A DNA stretch of 64,000 nt from Pseudomonadota bacterium. Lineage in GTDB: Bacteria; Pseudomonadota; Alphaproteobacteria; Sphingomonadales; Sphingomonadaceae. The notes beneath the pieces are model-generated. The model made no database searches and was not told the DNA's origin. It was given only the letters and a program-made list of their open reading frames with translations. This document shows positions 59,603-64,000 of the stretch, in pieces. The position numbers and the translations under genes are program-made. Location of the stretch: NCBI GenBank assembly GCA_963205265.1, contig CAUJJI010000052.1, positions 1,266 through 65,265 on the forward strand, given 5' to 3'. Numbering within the stretch: the first letter of the stretch is position 1; the number at the start of each line of letters is the position of its first letter.

Positions 59603-62326
59603 ATGCCCGCTGGATCCGAAATTGTTGCCGCGATCCGCGAGATCGCTGGCGCGGCAGCATCGGAGATCGCCGGTGCGGGTGATCGCGCCCTGGCTGATCA
59701 GATGGCCCGCGACCGCGCGGCAGTCCTCGCACTCGCCCAGCGGGTCGACGCGCCGCGGTCGTGCGCGGTGCTGACGGCCGCCCAGCTCCAACAGATCGAG
59801 GATCACATCGTGTCGATACTGAAAATGCGGGGCGGCGTCTTTCCCACTCCTGCCCCTGGCCCGGCGCCCGAGCCGCCTCCTGCGCCGGAGCCGCCGGCAC
59901 CCGAACCTCCTGCGCCCGCGCCGCTGCCCATCCCTGAGGTGGAAAATCTACTCGCCAGCCAGGACCTCCGCAATGAGGCCTGGACGAAGCTCGACGTGAC
60001 CGCGACGGGCGCGGACTCCATTCGCGAGACCGCGAACACGGCTGACCACGCGGTCAACTTCAGCGTCGAGCGCGGCCCTGGTGCACGGCCATTCGCGCTG
60101 TTCGCCGACATCGAGCAGGTTGGTCGGCGATACGTGACGTTTCTCGTGTTCGCAGACGACTACAGCGCAGCCTGCTCGGCGACGTTCGATCTGCAGGAAC
60201 ATGAGGTGGTTCGAGCGCAGGCTGAGATCTCCTCGCTGTGGACGAGCATATCGGCGTCGGTCGAGGTGAATCCAGGCAACGGCCGGTTGCGGTGCACGCT
60301 GGAATTCACGACCGATGCTGTGTCGGAGGGGTTCGTCGGCATCATCCGCGCCCATCCCAGTGAACTCACGGGGTCGTATGCAGGCAACGTGTCTGCTGGG
60401 TTCAACGCGTCGAACCTCTGGCTCTATGAACTGCCGGCGCCGGAGATCGACGACCTCGACATTCCCGCCGGCGCTCAGGTCATCTACGTCTCGCCCGACG
60501 GGAGCGATTCGAACGACGGCGCCTCGCCGGAGACTGCCGTCCAGACGCTTCAGCGGACGCAGACGCTGATCCGTGCCGTTCGCGCCGGCACGTGGCCCGC
60601 GGGAGGCATTCTCGTGGCGTTCGCGCCGGGCAGACATCAGGTAGACCAGACGCTGGTGCTGAGCAATCTCGACAGGGGCGACGAGGCCGCTCCGGTCATC
60701 TATCGGGGCATGACAGTCGGCGGAAAGCGGGCGGCGCGACTCGTCGGCTCTGTGCCGCTCGCCGGCGCCTCGACGAGCGCCGTCAGCGGTCGTCCGGACC
60801 TGATCCGTCTAACTGTCGGCGCTGATCTCGTCGCGGGCTCGGAGGTCGTGCGCAATGGTACGCCGATGACCGTCGCGCGTTGGCCGAACTCGGGATACGC
60901 GACGATCTCAACGGCGTCAGGTACGACGGTCACGCTGAACGGGTCACCCCCGAGCCTGCCGGCGAGCACTTCTGCGCGAATCGAGGGTTTCGTCGAGCAC
61001 GAGTGGCGATTCGACTCCCACGCGGCGACGATCTCGGGTACGACGATCGTCGGCGCCTCAGGGACGTACGTTGTCGGCAAGCGGGCGTTCATCTCCGGTG
61101 CTGTCGAGTTGCTCGACACGGTGAACGAGTACTTGCTGGACCCATCGACCGATAGCATCGTGTTGACGGCCGCGATCGCGAGTGATCCGACGTTGGAGGT
61201 CACAGTGGTGAATTCGGTGGTGACCGGAGACGGCGTCAGCCACATTCGGTTCGAGGACCTGACCATCGGCAACTGCCGCTCGCATGGCCTGGAGTTGCTG
61301 AACGTCGACGACTGCGTCGCCGAGCGCTGCGAGTTTGCGAACGCTAGTGGTCAGGGTATCCGGATCTCGGGCGTCAGGAGCGGGGCGCGGCGTTGCCACA
61401 TCCACGACACCGGCGAGACCGGTCTCTACATGTACGGCGGCAGCTTCACGACGCTGGAAGCGAGCCTGAACTTTGCCGACCGCAACTACATCGAGAAGGT
61501 CGGCCGCAAGGTGCGGGCGTACAGTCCGGCCATCACGTCGCAGGGAGTCGGCAGCCTGATCGTCGGCAACGTGATCAGGAACCTTCCACACGTCGGCATC
61601 ATCTTCACCGGCAACAACCACACGATCGCCTTCAATGACATCACCGATGTCGTCCGGGAGGCGGGTGACATGGGGGCCATTTATTCGGGCCGGGACTGGA
61701 CGGCACGCGGCAACCTGATCCGCGGCAATCTGATCTATGACATCACTGCCCCGGCGACCGGCGATCCGCGCGGCATCTACCTCGACGACCAGTTCAGTTC
61801 GGCGACGATCGAGTCGAATATCTTCTCTAACGTGAAATACGGTGTCTTCATCGGCGGCGGCCGCGACAACGTGACGCAATCGAACATGTTCTTCGGTTGC
61901 AATCCGGGCGTCTACTTCGACTCGCGCGGTCTCGACTTCGGCTGGCTGATCGCCGGCAACCAAGCGACGCTCGAAGCCAACCTTGCGGCGCGTGCGATCA
62001 CGTCGTCACCATGGGCGACAGCGTATCCCGAGCTTGCGGCCATGGCCGCGATGTCGAGCGGCGATCGGATGAAGCCGGCGGGCAATCGCTACCACACCAA
62101 CGTGTTCGTCGACAGCACGCCGCTCACGACCTCGGGCGCGAGCGCCCCGGGGAATGTGATCGACACGCTCGGGCCGTCGATCACCGTGGGCGGCCCTTGG
62201 CCGGGCAAGCCCCAGCGGTCGTGGATCAATGCGGTCAAGGCCGTGGATCCGTCGATCGGGTGGGCCTTCCCATGGGACGAGTTCGAGCTACTCAATTCGG
62301 CGGCGCAAGCGGCGAAGGCGGGTTGA
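59603..62326 (+). CDS. large beta-helix protein, second depolymerase/tailspike-like (907 aa)
   Basis: Start taken at ATG 59603. N-terminal helical region plus Pro-rich linker (PAPGPAPEPPPAPEPPAPEPPAPAP). VIYVSPDGSDSNDGASPETAVQTLQRT, then parallel beta-helix repeats (GNCRSHGLEL, NASGQGIRISG, HDTGETGLYMYG, NLPHVGIIFTGNNH, FSNVKYGVFIGGG). Confidence 0.7.
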   Translation: MPAGSEIVAAIREIAGAAASEIAGAGDRALADQMARDRAAVLALAQRVDAPRSCAVLTAAQLQQIEDHIVSILKMRGGVFPTPAPGPAPEPPPAPEPPAPEPPAPAPLPIPEVENLLASQDLRNEAWTKLDVTATGADSIRETANTADHAVNFSVERGPGARPFALFADIEQVGRRYVTFLVFADDYSAACSATFDLQEHEVVRAQAEISSLWTSISASVEVNPGNGRLRCTLEFTTDAVSEGFVGIIRAHPSELTGSYAGNVSAGFNASNLWLYELPAPEIDDLDIPAGAQVIYVSPDGSDSNDGASPETAVQTLQRTQTLIRAVRAGTWPAGGILVAFAPGRHQVDQTLVLSNLDRGDEAAPVIYRGMTVGGKRAARLVGSVPLAGASTSAVSGRPDLIRLTVGADLVAGSEVVRNGTPMTVARWPNSGYATISTASGTTVTLNGSPPSLPASTSARIEGFVEHEWRFDSHAATISGTTIVGASGTYVVGKRAFISGAVELLDTVNEYLLDPSTDSIVLTAAIASDPTLEVTVVNSVVTGDGVSHIRFEDLTIGNCRSHGLELLNVDDCVAERCEFANASGQGIRISGVRSGARRCHIHDTGETGLYMYGGSFTTLEASLNFADRNYIEKVGRKVRAYSPAITSQGVGSLIVGNVIRNLPHVGIIFTGNNHTIAFNDITDVVREAGDMGAIYSGRDWTARGNLIRGNLIYDITAPATGDPRGIYLDDQFSSATIESNIFSNVKYGVFIGGGRDNVTQSNMFFGCNPGVYFDSRGLDFGWLIAGNQATLEANLAARAITSSPWATAYPELAAMAAMSSGDRMKPAGNRYHTNVFVDSTPLTTSGASAPGNVIDTLGPSITVGGPWPGKPQRSWINAVKAVDPSIGWAFPWDEFELLNSAAQAAKAG

Positions 62327-62664
62327 TGATTATCCGCCGCATCCTCGACTGGTTCGATCCGGCGCATGTCCCGGCGTTGAAGGGGTCCATCTTCGGCGGG
62401 GCTGCCTGGGGGTTCGATTTCATCCGCGTCGGCCTCAAAACTGCGCCGTCCGCACCTGAGCTTCTGCTCGGCGTCCCGCCGGAGCGCTGGGCGGCATATG
62501 CGTCGATGCTCGCTGCATGCGTCGCGCTCGTTTCGCTGTTCAGCACGCTGCCGCGTGCGTTCCGGGCCGCGGGTTGGTGCTGCAGGCAGATGCGGCTGTC
62601 GATCATGTGTTTCGCCGGCCGCGTGCGGCGGGCATGGATGTGGATCAGGGAGAGATTGCGATGA
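62326..62664 (+). CDS. membrane protein, holin candidate (112 aa)
   Basis: TGATG overlap with the upstream gene. Hydrophobic segments GSIFGGAAWGFDFIRVGL and WAAYASMLAACVALVSLFSTL, with a basic C-terminus. Upstream of the endolysin gene. Confidence 0.5.
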   Translation: MIIRRILDWFDPAHVPALKGSIFGGAAWGFDFIRVGLKTAPSAPELLLGVPPERWAAYASMLAACVALVSLFSTLPRAFRAAGWCCRQMRLSIMCFAGRVRRAWMWIRERLR

Positions 62665-62903
62665 GCACTGATATGCGCAAGCGGCTTGAAGAGGTCGCGA
62701 AGGCCGCCGAGGACCAGGTCAAGGACTCGGCTCGCGACGCCGAGCGTGCTGTTCGCTACGCGGCCGACGGCATCACGGATGAAATCGAGGAGCGCACCGG
62801 CCGACCGCTGAACCGCGACTACATGCGCATCTTCCTGGTGCTCGCGATCATCGGGGCAGTCGTGCTGGTCGTCGTGGGCGTTCGGGCGCTGTTCGGCCGG
62901 TGA
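62661..62903 (+). CDS. small protein with a C-terminal TM helix, holin/antiholin candidate (80 aa)
   Basis: ATGA overlap. YMRIFLVLAIIGAVVLVVVGVRALFGR. Confidence 0.5.
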   Translation: MSTDMRKRLEEVAKAAEDQVKDSARDAERAVRYAADGITDEIEERTGRPLNRDYMRIFLVLAIIGAVVLVVVGVRALFGR

Positions 62904-63394
62904 CCAACACCCGGGCCGCGATCCTCGCCGCGCTGTCGGGTCTGGCCGCGGGTGGCGCGACCTGGCTGTCGGTGATCGGCGCCGCCGGCGACTTCATCGT
63001 GCCCAGCGAGGGCTGGGTCCGGACGACCTACGTCGATCCGGCCGGTCACGCCACGGTGTGCGCCGGCAACCGCAGTGCGGCGTTGCCCGGCCTGACGTTC
63101 ACGGACGACGAGTGCTGGCTGCTGTTTCTGTCGGATCTGATCCCGCACGTCATCGGGATCAAGAAGCTGATCGGCGACACGAGCGGCTTCACGCTCGACG
63201 ACTGGGTGGCGATGGTCAGCCTGTCGTTCAACGTGGGCCTGCAGGCGTTCGCACGATCGACGCTGCTCGCCAAGTTTCGTGCCGGCGACCGCGAGGGGGC
63301 GCGCGCCGAGTTCGCGCGCTGGGTTCACGCCGGCGGCGAGGTGCTACCCGGGCTCGTCGTGCGGCGGGCGCTCGAAGCAGCGAGGATGTCGTGA
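62900..63394 (+). CDS. GH24 lysozyme with N-terminal signal-anchor-release (SAR) segment (164 aa)
   Basis: E-8aa-D-5aa-T catalytic spacing in SEGWVRTTYVDPAGHATVCAG. It is preceded by a weakly hydrophobic Gly/Ala-rich segment AAILAALSGLAAGGATWLSVIGAAG. Confidence 0.85.
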   Translation: MTNTRAAILAALSGLAAGGATWLSVIGAAGDFIVPSEGWVRTTYVDPAGHATVCAGNRSAALPGLTFTDDECWLLFLSDLIPHVIGIKKLIGDTSGFTLDDWVAMVSLSFNVGLQAFARSTLLAKFRAGDREGARAEFARWVHAGGEVLPGLVVRRALEAARMS

Positions 63395-63939
63395 TCCCTG
63401 CCGCGCTTGAGCCCTATGCCCTGGCCCTGGTGGCCGCCGGCGGCATCGCGATCGGCGCCGTCGGCATGGGCTGGGCGCAGCAGGCCCGGGTGGCCCACCG
63501 GGACAACGAGATCGCGCGCATGCGGCTCGACGCCATCGCTGCCGGCCTGGACGCTCGGCGCGCGGCCGACGCCGCGTCGGCGCAGATCGCCGGCCTGTCG
63601 ACTGACCTGGCGCAGGCGTCCCGTCATCAGAGAGAAATCCATGTCGAGACCATCCGCGAGGTCGAGCGCACTGCCAGCCCTGATCGTGTCTGCCTCGGCG
63701 ATCGCACTCGGGGCCTGTTGCAACGCGCCCAGGGTCGAGCAGCCGAAGGTCCGGGTGCCGGCGAGCCTGCTGGCCCCGGCCCCGGACCTGCCCCCGATCC
63801 CGGCCGATCTGCCAGCGAGCTCGCCGTCGCCGGCTGGATGACGGCGGCGCTCGGGCAGTATGCCGAGCTGCGAGACCGGCACCGGGCGCTGGCCGGCGCT
63901 GTCCGGGCGCTGCCGTGCGTCGAGGTTATCGGGCCCTAG
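63391..63939 (+). CDS. Rz: i-spanin (Rz-like) (182 aa, GTG start)
   Basis: GTGA overlap with the endolysin stop. N-terminal TM ALALVAAGGIAIGAVGMGW, then a coiled-coil periplasmic domain. Confidence 0.7.
   Translation: MIPAALEPYALALVAAGGIAIGAVGMGWAQQARVAHRDNEIARMRLDAIAAGLDARRAADAASAQIAGLSTDLAQASRHQREIHVETIREVERTASPDRVCLGDRTRGLLQRAQGRAAEGPGAGEPAGPGPGPAPDPGRSASELAVAGWMTAALGQYAELRDRHRALAGAVRALPCVEVIGP
63641..63841 (+). CDS. Rz1: o-spanin (Rz1-like lipoprotein) embedded in the Rz frame (66 aa)
   Basis: The alternative frame inside Rz encodes MSRPSARSSALPALIVSASAIALGAC (lipobox), followed by a Pro-rich mature part. Confidence 0.65.
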   Translation: MSRPSARSSALPALIVSASAIALGACCNAPRVEQPKVRVPASLLAPAPDLPPIPADLPASSPSPAG

Positions 63940-64000
63940 CCGAAATCCGGCGGGTCGCGCGGCGGGTCGCGGGGTGGCAATTCCAACTCGATGCCGCCCA

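Noticed and set aside
1-64000. CRISPR arrays, rRNA genes, retron/RT elements
   Set aside because: On reading the sequence I saw no regularly spaced direct repeats, no rRNA-like conserved stretches and no reverse-transcriptase motifs (YxDD).

Overview
High-GC (~65%) sequence that is almost entirely one ~62 kb temperate, lambdoid-organised siphovirus-type prophage or phage genome. Order: three small flank genes (1-1056); a tRNA-Ser-like 3' fragment serving as the att core (2096-2142); int/xis (2172-3565); a long leftward early operon (3.5-17.8 kb: HAD phosphatase, DNA methyltransferases, Exo/Erf/NinB recombination genes, many orphans) driven by a PL-like promoter with operators (~17.87-17.93 kb). 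Next comes a four-gene cargo cassette (17982-21616) in the slot that holds rexAB in lambda, then the CI-type repressor (21705-22418). An IS3-family element (22487-24121) splits the PR-like promoter. Downstream are a Cro-like gene, a ~2 kb block with two reverse-strand orphans and a lone tnpB (25624-26667), and the replication module (MmcB-like nuclease, HNH protein, O-like initiator carrying an inserted NucS-like nuclease domain and iterons, P-like loader). A nin-like string of small genes leads to RusA, a Q-like antiterminator and a degenerate initiator-tRNA-like gene (34456-34528). The late operon runs from 34.6 kb: HTH protein, PAPS-reductase-like protein, TerS/TerL, portal, MuF, scaffold, capsid, connectors, tail tube, G/GT chaperone with -1 frameshift, tape measure, J-like protein, about 9 kb of fibre/beta-helix genes. 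The lysis cassette (holin candidates, SAR endolysin, Rz with embedded Rz1) sits at the far right (62.3-63.9 kb). All family calls come from motif recognition by eye; no searches were run. The best candidate for an undescribed system is the repressor-linked cassette 17982-21616 (small helical protein, coiled-coil TM protein, Kelch-like lipoprotein, membrane-anchored DEDDh exonuclease). Other points of interest are the IS-split genetic switch, the tnpB block, a ~290 nt non-coding hairpin-rich segment next to a truncated methyltransferase, and an attP-like arrangement of arm-type repeats on both sides of the tRNA fragment.
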